From Oikopleura dioica (Eukaryota > Animalia > Chordata), in contig OU015566.1 in NCBI GenBank assembly GCA_907165135.1, forward strand, positions 7,688,001-7,752,000: a stretch of 64,000 bases of DNA, read 5' to 3'. Shown piece after piece: positions 23,152 to 36,535 of the stretch. Below the pieces are notes generated by a model. That model was given only the letters and a program-made list of their open reading frames with translations, was not told where the DNA came from and ran no database searches. The position numbers and the translations under genes are program-made. Each line of letters starts with the position of its first letter. Position 1 is the stretch's first letter.

Positions 23152-26100
23152 TTAGTTGAGTCTATTTCCCTCGTTGCACAAGTCATCGTTGCAGCAACCG
23201 ACCAAAACACATGCATGCTGCCAGCGAGGATTGCACTTGTGCGATTTTCGCTGCGTCTGAACAATGAATAGTAAGTTGAAATCATGGAAGAGAATTTCTT
23301 ACCTCGCAGGCGTCGCGCTTCTTGCAACCTCGAGTGAGCATTCTTCGGCCGTTTTCGCGTCGGTCGAATGTCATACAACTGTAGCCAGAGTTGAGTGGAC
23401 ATGCAACCTCGGCAGTACAGTCCTTTGGATCACGGACAGAGGAGCATTCGTAGCATCGCGGACTCGAAGCTAGAAATATTTTCAGTACTTGAAAGAGCGA
23501 TTTCTATTGAAGGGCAGACTGCATGTTTACGCTGTCAACCCCCTTAATCAATGGAAATTTGAAAGGCATACGAGTCTGATAAACAACTGAGCGGACGTCT
23601 GTCCGTTTTCCGTCTGGCAACTTGGCGAAAATTCCGAAGCGATAAGGCCGTCCGAGAGCTAATCCGGTGATGAGGAATTGATCGTTGCCCTTGGTCACGT
23701 GTTGGCTCTTGAAACTTCCTGTTGGCGGTGACATGTTGATATAATATTCATCGTCATCCTAAGAAAGTAAATTTATATAAATTTTATTTTTTGCGCAATC
23801 CTTGAAAAAAGAGGCGAAGCTGTTGATAAAGTAAGATAACCCTAGAACTTTGTTCGCAAATAATTCTTTATCGCCTGTTACACTTCTTCTATCATGTTTA
23901 CAATACTCACAGTTATCGATGACCATGTACTATTAACATGCACGGTAGAGTCCCTCTTGACCCTCGCCCGAACAACTTCAAAAGTTGGCGGCTCGGGTGC
24001 TGTCGTAAACGTCGTAATAGACACATCAGTGACTCCATTTCCAATGAGCAAGGCGAGAACCGAGACTTCGTATTCCTCAAGCGCTTGCAAATCCTGCAGC
24101 ACGTGACTGATCGCAGATGTCGTGTAGTGCACATCTGAAGATTTAAATACTCTGAGAGCGAGCGCTGGGAACTTACCGTAGGCGGCAGAGTTGAGCGATT
24201 TGGCGAACACCTTGTAAGAGATGGCGGTGGGAATTTCCTCCCACTCGACCACGGCTGAAGTGGTACGGACCGTCTGGTTTGGCACCTTGATTGGTGGTCC
24301 AAGAGGGGCTAAATTTTCCGTTGATTCAGTGTAAATACACTTTTGACTTTTGACTTTTGACAACTGACTTTTTATATTTAAGAAGTAGTAGAAGATTAGA
24401 TACACTTTTAAGAAATTGGTCAGGGTCTAAGGTTCCAAAAAATTGTTAAATATTTATTTATAAGCCATCTTATGGTCTTTTTTTCACAAACCTGTTTCTT
24501 GTGCAATCGTTGTCAAATCAGTCGCCCGTTGTTCGGAAACAGCTCTAATAGTAAAGCTGTACTCGCTTTCCGGCTCAAGACCCAGCGCAGTAAAAGTGGT
24601 ATCCGATGTTTTCAAGGGCCAGGTATCTTCATGACCAGCTGGAACTGGATAAATATTCACAATCCAGTAGTAATCATCTGGCAGGGAATTCCATGCAAGA
24701 TCGAGTCGACGAGACTTGATTGATGGGAAACTGAGGATTGGAGCTGGAGGAGCTGAGAATCGCTTGAGGCGGAAGGGGTCGGTTTCAAAGTCCTCTCCGA
24801 TTCCAACGATAGAAATTTCATATTCTGTGTCGGGGGAGAAATTGTCGATGAACGTTTCTGTTGATTCTTCATATTTGGCGCCACCGATAGAAGGTGAGAA
24901 TTCAAGCCGGTACATGTGAATATGCTCGACTTCTGTCCAAGAAAGCTTCATGGCATGCGAAGTGACGTCACTTGTCGTTAATTTTGACATCTTGGGCGCA
25001 GTAGAAAATGAACAAAGATGATCGTCAGTGGTCCACGTGGAGCGAGCGGATACAGCCGTGATTGTCATGTTGTAAGCAGTGTCTTCGTTGAGGTCGGATA
25101 GTTGCACGAAATTTGTGTAAATTGGGATTCGTGAGATTCCAGAAGTCGTTGGAGGAGTGATCTCAGCGTAGTAGCGATGCGCGAGTGGAACTGGATCCCA
25201 GTTGATTCTGATCGATGTGGATCGCTTGTCCTTGCTCGTTGCAACGACGGCGGGGGGAGCAGAGGTAAAGGTGAGGCTCGTACTGTCGGTAGACTTTCCT
25301 TGGAGGTGGGCGACGATTGTGACTGTGTAATCGACATCAGGGCGGGTGCCGATTAATTTGAGGCTCGTTTCTATCCTGGAGAAATCGGAATTTCCAGCAA
25401 TAGGCGGATCGACGGTTATTTGATACTCTACTCTGTTTTTGATGGGAGTGAAGATCAATGAGGCCATTGTGGTTCGCGCTTCTTTGAGGATGATCTTCGG
25501 AGCCGGTGGCGCCGTTGTTTGGGAAATAACAGCTTCATTAGTCGTTGAGCCAGAGATGAGCACGGCCCAGACTGTAATTTCGTAGCGAATTTCCGCCCGC
25601 AATTCTGTTAGAAGAATTGAACTTTCGAGTAGCTCAAAGGGCTCACTGCCAGGAAGCGACTCGGGACGGGGATAGACGTCTAAAACATAATGTGCTGCTT
25701 CTGGAATGGTCGACCACTGGACGTTCATCGAACTTGTGCGGATTTCCGTGGTGTAAACAACAGGTGGAAGTGGAGCGGTAAGCTGCAAAAATGGTATTGT
25801 TATGATAAATGTTTATAAATTGTTGGGGTTCGGGGTGTTCTGAGAACAAGCCACAAATAAGGGAATCTCACCTGGTTTAGTTGAATACTGTCTGTGACAG
25901 TAACCGCCTCGATGATAGCCTTTACGCTAACGTGATAGACAGTTTCAGCATCTAATCTTTCAAGAACAAACTGTCCATCAGCAGCATCCAGCTGAAAAAC
26001 CCCCTCTCCCGAAAGATCAGGAGCTGGAACGACAGCAATCTCCACCAAAGACGCATTGACAACCTAAAATTTTGAAAATTTAGAAAAATTTTAGTATGAT

Positions 26101-29100
26101 TCAAAAAAAGCCGCCGATGGAATGCGGATAAAACGCGCGGTTCTGAAAGTTGCAAATTAAAATCTAAAAGATAAAATTTTTGAATGTATTATAGAAACCT
26201 CGCTCCAGCTTATCGTGAATTCATCTGTGCGGACGGCGCTGACAGACACTTCTGGTGGAGAAGGAGCTGTTTTGAATGTTTCGACCGACATGTCGGTTTC
26301 GAATCCGTTTCCGACGCCGATAATGTCTTTGGAGGGATGCTTTATTAGGTCTTAGAAATATTAAAGAAACCATAAAATCCAATGAAAAATTTTATTTTTA
26401 ATCTTTTCGGTATTGTCGAGGATGATTATAACTGTAAAGAAAAAAATTTACCAACTAAAGATTTTTACCAAGTAAGGAATTTTACCAAGTAAGGAAACCC
26501 CGATTTTAACTCTGAACCCAATCTATCAACTATCTTGACGTATCAATATTTCTAAGATATCGTCTCTGTCAGACATAAAATGATCCCTCTCCTATAACAA
26601 AGTCCGAATCCGCAGGCAGTCCAAAGATGACAAGCTCGTTGGTCATAATCTTCTTGGGCACGTTGACAAGGGAGGGCGTTATCTGAACTTTGTAAAACTC
26701 CACTCGATCATGTGATGGCCAGTTGAAAGCGACTTCAGTCGATCGAATCGAATCAAAATAGATGGTCGGCGCTGCTGGGGCTGTTTGGAAGGTGAAAACG
26801 ACGTCGTCGGTGAATCCTCCTGAAGATTGAGTGCTGATTGTAACTGTTTTTGGCTACATAAACGCGTATCATTGAATTTTTACTGGATATTCTAAAAAGT
26901 TGGATCGTGCGGGTGTGGAACATCCGTTTGCCCTTTATGTTTTGGGATAAATCCTCAATATAAAAGATTTCTGAATAAAGAGTTAGCGGCCTAAGTAACC
27001 AGTCCTGTGTATTCGGTGTCCTCATCAAGACCTTCGTACGAAATTTCGTTGTCAGTAATTACATCGTTTTTGCCGCTTGGCACAAGAGTAATCGAGTACA
27101 GCTCGTATTCTGCCCGTTTGGACCAGCTGATTTTCGCTGAGGATGATCTCAGGTCGTTTTGTTTCACCACTGGCGCGGGGACTTGTGTCTTGACCATGAC
27201 GACTTGCTCATCTGTTTGGCCGAAGCCGACGTTGCAGATGATGGAGATGGAGTAGATTGTATCAGGCTTCATTTTTAGGATAGAAAAAGCTGTTCGACTT
27301 CGTTCTATTCGCTGGTCAGCGACTGGAAGAATGGCCAAAGTGTAGTCTAAAAAGGTTTGATGAAAAGAACAGTTTCTTGAAATTTCACCCTTTTCAAATT
27401 ATGTGGGTTGACCAGCTCTAGAACTGCCTTGAACTTACCACTACAACTGTCATTATCGTCCCATGAAATGTCCATCGAGGTCGAGCGAATGTCGGAAAAA
27501 GACATTTGCGGCGGCTTATGTGCAGTGATCTGACTGGCCAAAGAGGGATCCGTCGTGGCAGAGCTCATTCTGGCAACCCAGTGGAAATCATATTCACTGT
27601 TTGGTTCGAGATCAGAAATCGTTGCTGAGTGCTTGTCGGCGGGAAAGACAAGTTCTCCGATGCCAGAAATCGTCAAGACGTAGGACTCGGCATTTTCAAT
27701 CGGGGCCCAGTGGACAATGAGCGAGGTGGAGCGAATGTGATCGAACCAGAGATCCGCTCCAATTGGCGCTAAAAACGAAATTAAACAGAACAAAACCACC
27801 TTTTTTGAACTGTTTCTTCGTAAAACTCAACTGTTTATAACGCTATGAATACAATGTTTATTCCGCGAAAGATGTCGAACATTAAGAATCGATAAACACT
27901 CGTAATACGGTATTTTTCTGGACTTTGAGACCAAAGTTACGCGATTAAAACCGAATTAGACCTCGCGAAATTTGATTAATTTTTCTGAGAGTTTCGCGAA
28001 AATAAACTTATCGGGAAATTATTTGTTCAAGCGCGGAGTCATTACTTGGCCAGTTTTTCGCCGCCCGAGCTCGTTTAGAAAATCCGTCTAGGGCTTGAGG
28101 CTCAAGGTCGTTAGTTAATTACTAACAGAATTATACAAAAACGACGCGAGATTACGAAGTTCGCTCCTCACCTGTTGTATATCGCGCTTCAACCCAGTCG
28201 GTGTTTTTGCCTTCTAACGCCGCTCTTATTTTGAAAACGAACTCTGTTTCCGGTTCTAATCCGGAAATGATCTTGTCCACTCCATCACTGTGCAAGATAA
28301 CTTCTGTATCTATTTCTGGCTCCGCAGCAGGAAAGTAAACGACTTCATATTTCTTAGCTCCGATTACGCTTGTTGATGCAAGTTTCATAGAAGTAGAAGT
28401 GATGTCATCTACAAGCAGAACAGGAGGCTCTGGCGCCGTCGTAAGCTTCACTTGATCGACCAAATCCGTCGCGACACCGTTAGCAAACTCGGCATAAATC
28501 GACAAAGTGTATTCGGTAGCAACATCCAAGTCATTCAAAGTGAAGTGGTTGGTGAAAACTTGAATGGGATTTTGGGCGCCGCGGAGCTCAGGCTCAACGT
28601 TGATTACGTAACTCTTGGCGGAGGATAAGGCCGTCCAGGTGAGTTGAGCCGAGCGAGAGAGGATGTCTTCAACTTGAACGTTTGCGAGAAGAGGAGCAGT
28701 CACGGCGCCAGTGGTTAGAGCATCGGAGGTTCCAAAGGGGAAGATTTGCACGACCTCGATCGTGTAAGATGATTCGGGGAAGAGATCCAAGAGCTCGACT
28801 GAAGCAACTCCAGCTTCGACTTCTACTGATTTTCTCTTGCTAGTTTCTGTGAAGTAGATCACTTTAGACGCGATTGGAAGGAGTCCACTGACGTTCACTA
28901 CTTCCCAAGAAACGTTTATCGAGGTTGATCGAATGCTCGTCACTCCGACAGAACTAATGCCCGGAATAGCACTTGTCCTAAGCGAAATAGTAGCGGGGAA
29001 TGTTTTATCGCCCTTAACAGCTTCGACAGTGACAGAAAATGTTGAATCGGGGTCCAGATTGAGGGCGGAGTAGGTGTGTGGTCCTTCCGCTGGAATTGTG

Positions 29101-32100
29101 ACAGTTTCCGCGGCTTTGCCATTTGGTTTTCTGCAAGTAACAATGTAAGATTCTGCTCCGGGAACGGCAAGCCAGCTGACTTGGCCGGAGATGGGGGTGA
29201 TGTCGGAAAGCGTAAGGGTTGGAGATTCAGGGTCAGTCACGAAATCAAGCGATGAGGACAATAATTTTCCATTATAATGAGCATCGACTGTGACAGTGTA
29301 ATGACGGAATGGAGTTAAGTTTTCAGCGGAGTACCGGGCGAGAGAAATTTCTGCTCGATGAACGACAGATCCGATTGAGTCTGCAATTGTGACTGAATAC
29401 TTCGCCGCGGAAGGCACCTTTGACCATGTTAGGAGGGCCGAGGTGCTATCAGTTGACTCGAGGGTTAATTCGGGATTATTAGGGTCTGTAATGAGCTCAA
29501 GGCTTGATTCGTAGACAAGGTCATCTTGTGTGATAGAAGAAAGTTCGATGAGGTAAGATGTAAACGCCTCTAAATCGAAAAATTCCACGGAATTCTCAGC
29601 AGTGGAAACGCTTTTTGCTGGGGCAGATTTATCGGCAGGTGAAATGGTGACGGAATAATCCCCAGCGAGGCCGGAGAGCGAGGTCCAGCTGATTGAGGCT
29701 GAACTCGAGCTTGTTCCCACCACAGAGAGCACAGGTGCGATTGATACTAAAAATCGTGTTGAGGACATGTTCGCTAAGTTGTTAGTAGATGACTACTAGT
29801 GACTAAGTAAGAGCTCTATCAATTTAGTTTCTTACATGATCGGAAGTCGGCAGACCCGGTGAATGATTTAGAAGGCGTCTTGGCTGTGACAGTAATTGTA
29901 TAAGCCGACCAAACATTCAGATTCTTGAATTGGAATGTATTCGTGGTCGCACTGATGGTATACTCGTCGATGACTTGAGCGTTTTGAATCAATTTCGTTG
30001 AATATTCCTCGACGCCAGGCACTTGGCTCCAAGAAAATTGGACTTCGTGAGTCCCCACTTCGCTGATAGTTAGCTCAGGTGCGGCGGGGTCCGTTTTAAC
30101 GTCCACTTCGGTGGACAAATCCACGTGACCAGCTGCGAAATTTGCCGTGATTGTGACCCGGTAATCTGTGTACTGTTCAATTTGCTCGTTGAGAGTGATT
30201 GAGGTGTCTGTTGTTGTGATGAGACGTGGTGAGGAAGTGGCAGCTGCTTCCGCGATCTTGAGGGTGTATCCGATTGAGCCTGGAGAAGCGGTCCAAGATA
30301 GAAAGATGCTGGAGTCAGTCACTTCTGTTTTTGTAACAGACGGAGAAGTACTTCTTGTGATAATAGTAGCTTGTTCAGAAGTGAACAGAGTTGGGTTGAA
30401 AAAAGCTTTGACGAAGATATCATATTCTGTATAAGCACTGAGCCCCTCGATAGAAGCAGACGATTGAGAAGCTGGAATGATTTTCGAATCAACTGGAATT
30501 CCGTTTTGAACGACTTCGACATTGTACTTGGTCGCGCCGAGAGCAGGGGACCAATTAACAGAAATAGAATTCGAAGTTGTGGAAAGATTTGTGATATGAA
30601 CAGGAGTGGCGGGGGCGGTTCGGTGATCGACAATTGTGGCGACCGAAACGTTGTCAAGGAGAATTGCGTCGACTTCAACAGTGTAGTCGGTGTCAGGTGA
30701 GAGGTCGGTGATCTCGGCGGAGTCGTAAGTTGGGAATTCGAAGGTATTGTCATGGATTTCTCCAGAAGCAGTCTAGAGAAATATATATTGAACAAACTGA
30801 AAACCATAAGACTAAGAAATTTATAATCTTTTTAGATTAAATAGAAATTGATGAGTTGAATATATCTTAACATTCTCAACCAGACATACAACGTAGAGGT
30901 TACCACTTATCGAATTTATTCATACTACATACATCTCTATCTAGCAATAAGAATGAAAATAACAATAAATATTATTAGAATTCTAATTAATATTTATTAT
31001 TAATATTTTAATATTTATTATTAATATTTATTGAAGAAAGTGTAAGCTCTCAATCAATCTGGAACTGAACGCTGTCAACGAACACTAGTGGGACACTCCA
31101 GGATCAAACAACTCTGATAATAGCCTGTCCTCCAAACCTATCAAAACACAACCTTTCACTTACTAAAACATCATCAAAAAACTGATTCAACCAGCTCAAA
31201 AATTTCAAAAACTTGTCAATTCTTACCTTCACTGTAACCAAATAGCTAACTGCCTGTTTGAGCCTGCTCCAATTGACTCTTATCTTCGTCGGGCTGAGAT
31301 TGTCTACTTTTACTTCCGGCGGTGGCGGTTTTGTTACGATCGATTGTACTGAGGGTTGGTGCTTAATTGGAAATATATTTGATATGGCACTTATGACAAG
31401 AAACGTGTCCCACTGTTTTCACGTGAGCTTGATTGTATTTATATTCAATACGCTTCAAATCAGCTTGCAGAAGTAGCCATAACTAAGTTAGAACTTGATA
31501 TTGTCAAAATTGAAGCACCCATGCCTGAAGCCAAAGATCTTTCGCCATCTTTATCAACTGCGTGGACCATAACTTTGTATTTCGTTTCTGGCGCCATTTC
31601 CGTAAATACATAGAATTGTTCTTCCGTGGTGAAAACTTCCTGGACAGCATTGGACGATGTGTCAAACAACATCAATTCGTAGGAATGCGCTTCTGGTACT
31701 CTATCCCAAGACAACGAGAAGTACTCGGATTCGAGGGTGGATAAGACGACATTCGGCGTGGCGATTTTTCCTTGCGTAGTAGTGGTTGTTTGAGGCGTTG
31801 TTTTCTCAATCGTTGGTGCAGCTGTTGGACTGGTTGTGATTGGCTCGTCTTCTCTGAAGCTAGTGCCGTAGAGGACATTTTTCATGTCATCTGTAACGTC
31901 GATGTTATAGTCGTCAAATCCTTTTGATTGATAATCTTCTTCATCATCATAGATTCTTGGGTCTTTAGCTTCAATGACTGGAATTTCCATTTCTCGAATA
32001 TCAGGCGTTCCATCGTCTTCTGGCTCTACTGGTTCGGACATGTCCAAATCACGGTCGATGAAGGCATTGAAAGCATGCTGGGTGTTTGTCTGTGGATTGT

Positions 32101-33064
32101 TGAGGATGTATTGGAGAAATTTCACCATATCGTCGGTGTCGAAAGTCGGTTTAAATGCTTTTTCGTACAGCGGCGTCTCCACTGAAAGAAAAACGTGTAA
32201 GAGGCACTAATTTTGACTTAGCCGGTGTCACGTGACCACCGTCGGCTTCCGCAGAAAATTTTAAAGAAAGTTTCAAGTTCAAAGTATTTCCTCAATTCTA
32301 ACTAAGAAAAATGCTCAAATTTAGGTCAATTCTTCCGCTAATTTTCGCACGAGGCGAGGTTCACTTTCGCACACTTTCTTGAAATGTGTGAAACCTGTCG
32401 CCGAGTAATTGAAGAAAATTATAGATGATGAGTTTCGACTTCTATCCATTTTGCTGTAAAATGGCTAGAAGATCGATTCGTTCTTTTACCTGGTTTTAGG
32501 ATGTTCTTGCTGTTTATACATTCAGGAATGATCCTCGAAGTCCAGTCGCCTTTTTTATTACAGCTTGTCCTCGTCGTTCCATTGATTTCAAACCCCTTTT
32601 TACATGTAAAATTGCATTTCGAGCCGATTCTTTATTTCAGTTTTCAAAACTAAGAACTCCTAGCTTGCATTTTTTTCCTCGTTCAGAGCACTTGTTGAGC
32701 TCTCACTATCCTACTTCGCGCCCGGACCCCGGTTTAAATACCGTGAACGGCAGAGTTTACATAATTCTGAAGTGGTTTTAGCCTCCATCGAGGAATTACT
32801 TTTTAAGCTGATTATAAGCTGACCTCAAGTTTGTACGCAAGATTATATTCTCAACCCGGCTTTTTCTCAAAAGTGACCATTTCGGACTTTTGGGAATTCG
32901 AACGTAGCACCCTTAAATAATCGAAAATTGAAAACATTCCTGTGTCCCTTTTCTTCTTTGCCTGTACAATTTTGGAATCCATTCCTCGGCGTGGGTAAAA
33001 AATCACAGTGGCTTTTCGTCCGCACTGTTTTGAAGAAGGCATCTGTTCTGCCAAACACTAGAAT
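23152..33064 (-). CDS. Giant extracellular protein: CCP/sushi + acidic/Thr-rich linker + ~23 fibronectin type III repeats + C-terminal Ly6/uPAR (three-finger) domain
   Basis: Sushi: CDFLPTPRNGFQNC...GSKCNFTCKKGF...CNKKGDWT..PEC. ORFs 31460-32182, 29819-30780, 28152-29768, 27347-27799, 26991-27338, 24484-25788 and 23878-24405 carry FN3 W..Y.V signatures. The last two exons give CYECSS...C...CMT...RGC...C...CCNDDLCN, with the stop at 23152. The signal-peptide exon upstream of 33064 was not located. Confidence 0.88.
26447..26497. repeat. Three tandem copies of a 17-bp unit (tttaccaagtaaggaat) in an intron of the FN3 gene
   Basis: Units at 26447-26463 (diverged), 26464-26480 and 26481-26497, with no spacers. 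Confidence 0.8.
32227..32236. promoter_or_regulatory. Second perfect GTCACGTGAC palindrome, intronic in the FN3 gene
   Basis: Exact 10-mer about 45 bp from the acceptor of the 31460-32183 exon. Confidence 0.25.
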
Positions 33065-33382
33065 ATTTTAGTATCTATATCGAGTTAACCCCTTTCACTT
33101 TTCGCCCTCTTAGAATTTCTTTACTTTCGGCGGCTTGTCAAAATGTCACCAGCTGAGATTGGCGGTCTGATTTGATTACATTTTAATTTCATCAAATTTC
33201 GGCCTCACGTGACTCAGGGAGCAAAGCCACAATTGCACTTGTTCGTAATTATCTACGTACACGTTACGTAATTTAATCACGGACCTTGTCGTGAGACGCT
33301 CGCAAGAGATTGCTCAGTCGAAATTAAATTAACGATGATATTTTGTAACACTTCTAAAACTGCCGGTACAAAAGTCAGTCCA

Positions 33383-33446
33383 GGTTAGGGTTAAGGCTCT
33401 GGTCAGCTACCCCTAAGTTAGGGTTAGGGTTAGGGGCCCTAACCCT
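33383..33446. repeat. Short interstitial TTAGGG telomere-like repeats with an adjacent inverted CCCTAA copy
   Basis: (TTAGGG)3 at 33418-33435, followed by ccctaaccct. A further ggttagggtt lies at ~33383-33392. Confidence 0.7.
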
Positions 33447-35381
33447 TAGCTTTCCTTATGACTTATAAAAATTCATAGTTTTTCAGATTTAAGAAGGATT
33501 CAATTAGACTAAACCGATACAATAATTTTGATAAAATCAGAAGAATATAATTTCAAATTTATGTCTTTCTAAAATGTCGAAAATTTCGTAAACAAAAGAT
33601 GTCATCTTGCCTAATCATAATGAGTTTTATACGCGGCACAAGCCCTGTTTTTATTCAGTTACACAACTGACTGTGGTTATTCAATTTTGCGCTATGTTCC
33701 TCACCCCTGAAGTACCGTAGAAAAATCGGTGAAAATTTACCTAATATAAATATGATCGGAATCATATTTGTCTGTCTGTCTTCTTTACTTCAAGACAATT
33801 TTCATAAAAGATCTCTTTTGGTTTTCAGGCTTCTTCTTTTCTTCTTATTATCTCTTTCTTTTTATTTTCTGATAATTTGAATTTTGAAATCTCTATTAGA
33901 TTCAGGTCAAGGCGGGATTAAAAAAGCTGTATACAAAAATTTATGCAGAATATTCAGATTTTTGTGAAATTAGAGAAAAAATCCGAGAAAGGCGATAGAA
34001 CGGTCGAGCGCGGCGCTTAGCGAAAAACTCCGAGGGCGCTAGCGAGTACTATCAATAGTTATGTTTGTGTAGTAGGTGGTGCTAGAAACCTCGAGAAATT
34101 TTTCTATTGGGGAATTTTGATGTCTATTATTTTCAGTGGGGAAAAATGGAGAGGGGTAAACAAGGCGGGCAAGATTTGACAGGGAGACGTAGAATCGCTA
34201 GAATTTGCAAATTCAGTCAAGATACACGATAAGAAAATGGAGAACAACGCTTAGATATCATTCATAAAAGCTATCTTTAAGCATTTTGTAATGATTTTTA
34301 AACCGCGAAACGTGGGCAACCAAGCTTTTTCAACAGCCAAAGAGTTCAATCAATGGGAGAAATGGGTTAAAACCAAACCAGCGCAGACCTGCCAAATCTC
34401 GGTCTTTTATCTGGAGAACATGTCCCTATATTTTTTTCTATCTTCAATAACTCAATCTTGAAGAACTCGTCCCCTTTTCCTTCTGAGAACGGTTTTCCTT
34501 AATGTTTTTCCCAAATCTAATTCCCCGCAAAAACGTATCCTCTCGACATCCTTCTGGACATAATATCAAGTGTATACAACTTCCTGCACTCTAGTAGCTT
34601 CTCTTTTCCTCTGTTTAGTCCATAATTCCTAAGTCTATAATTCTGGATCGGGGGCTCTTTAGCTGCCTGAAATCTATTTTGTAGCACCAGGTGACATCAC
34701 ATTAGAATTAGAGTCGCATTTTTCGGCGTAAAATGAATTTCGCGCCACCGTGAGGCAAAATATTTATCGACGCGCAGCTCTAGAACATTGTAGCCAGAAA
34801 ATTCCAAAAGAAGACTCTTCGCGAAATCTTTTAGATCATCCACGTGAATAAAGTCCTTAAAAGTTTATCTCTTTTTTAACTGACTGAATGTTCCTCATTT
34901 TAACGGATTTTCTAGCCTCAGAATTGAACCGCTTTAGAATTGAACCGCGCGGACATTTCGCGTTTAGGAAATACACTAAGCGACGCTAAAGTCGTATTTG
35001 CCCCCCGTAACCAGTCTCCTTCGCCCAGATTGTATTTACGAAACAGCATTTTCTGTTACGCTGTATGCGTATTTTTATATTGTTGGTGGCAATATGTTTG
35101 GAGCAAAGTGACAAATTTCATGATTCTTTGGTCTATTTTTTCAGAAGATTTAAAAGACGAATTCATTTTTTGATGAAAAGCCAGCTGTTCAATGGTTAAT
35201 TCGACTTATAAGCTAAAATAAACACTGGCTCTCAGTGCGATCATGTCAATAATTGCCGCGGCGGTATTTTTAGATAAGTTAAGAAACGTGGTATCTGTCT
35301 AGCTGGAATTCCAACAATGCGTCGATTTTTATAATCCGCGCAAAATTTTCCCAGCCAGCATGAAAATTTAAAACGTAATGT

Positions 35382-36535
35382 TCAAGCGCGGTTTAGAAGA
35401 GGATGAGGCGAATTCCATACAGCTGCTCGTTTAGAGGCCTCTTCAAAGGAGACCCCACTCTCTTCATCTTTGGTTATAAATCTTGCGAATATTTGAATAT
35501 TAATTTCAGAAATAGAAACAACTGACCGAGGGTTGTTTTTGGCCTTTACATGAATTATTGATTTATAACTACCGAAATTGTTTTCGTAAGAAATTGATAA
35601 GGCAACCAATGTAGAAGACCTGACTCAGGGTCTGAAGGATCTTTAACGAAAGCCGCGTAGCAGCTGATTTTTCATCTTAGATATTTCAGACTTTGACTCA
35701 GGTGGTAGGAAATTTCGCACGGACGTTTTGAACATTATTATTCGGAATTTATGAGAAGAAAGAATTCAAATTGCACAATTCTAAAATGTCTTAATACCCT
35801 TAAGACATTCTCAAGAGAGCTCGCCTAAAAATTAAAAACGGGGTAATCGTAGAACTTCTAATCAGCCACATTTTCGAGTATCGCCCCTCAGGATGATCCA
35901 TCAAGAGATCCCAATTTTTCAACTTTCAAGCAAACGACTCATCCGTTCATTTGATGAAAATAACTGCTCGTAGCAAGCAAACCTGACTGGTGATAACGTG
36001 AGCACAGTTTCTAAAATTGTTGATTCAAGGAAAATGTTTGCCAAGCTGTCACCCGCTGTGCAGCGAGACACGTTCTTCTTATCACCAATTACTCGCTTTC
36101 GCCAATTCTTTCCATGAAAAATTTTCAAAGTCCAGTTAGCCCCAGCCTCTTCACAATGAAAAATTGATATGCAACTGGCAAAAGCCAGTAAATTCTGTAT
36201 GCATATCGAGTTTTTATCACGTAGCCCACCCTTATCAGCATTTTTTCGCGACTCGCCCAAAACACAATTCTGTTTGGACCTGATACGGCACGGATAGATA
36301 AAGAAAAACAAAACCGAAATCTAAGTTCCCTTCAGCACTTTTTTCTGATAATCCAAATTCTATCCACGTTAGATTTTTCACCGAAAAAAGCTTTACAGCC
36401 ATTATAAAGCTGATAACTGTTAGATTTATTATTGCCCACAAAGGAGTTGATGCTTGTTAACTTCTCAATACACGTGGTCGGTTCAACCGACCACGGCGAC
36501 TTTGAGCCGCCGAAATTTCTCTTGTGATAATCCAT
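35382..36535 (-). CDS. Uncharacterised multi-exon protein
   Basis: ORF 36332-36535 joins ORF 35919-36311 in frame through a GT-AG intron (RKK|SKQNCVLGE). A distal exon corresponds to ORF 35382-35609. No recognisable domain. Confidence 0.45.

Noticed and set aside
26447-26497. Direct repeats as a CRISPR-like array
   Set aside because: The tandem units have no spacers, the context is a eukaryotic intron, and there are no cas genes.
23264-32210. Numerous 60-130 aa ORFs antisense or off-frame to the FN3 gene (and similarly over PASK, Wnt5 and RING)
   Set aside because: They are shadow ORFs of real coding exons with no independent motifs.
34100-34660. Possible degraded coding frame on the minus strand
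   Set aside because: Many stops, no recognisable motif, and no splice structure.
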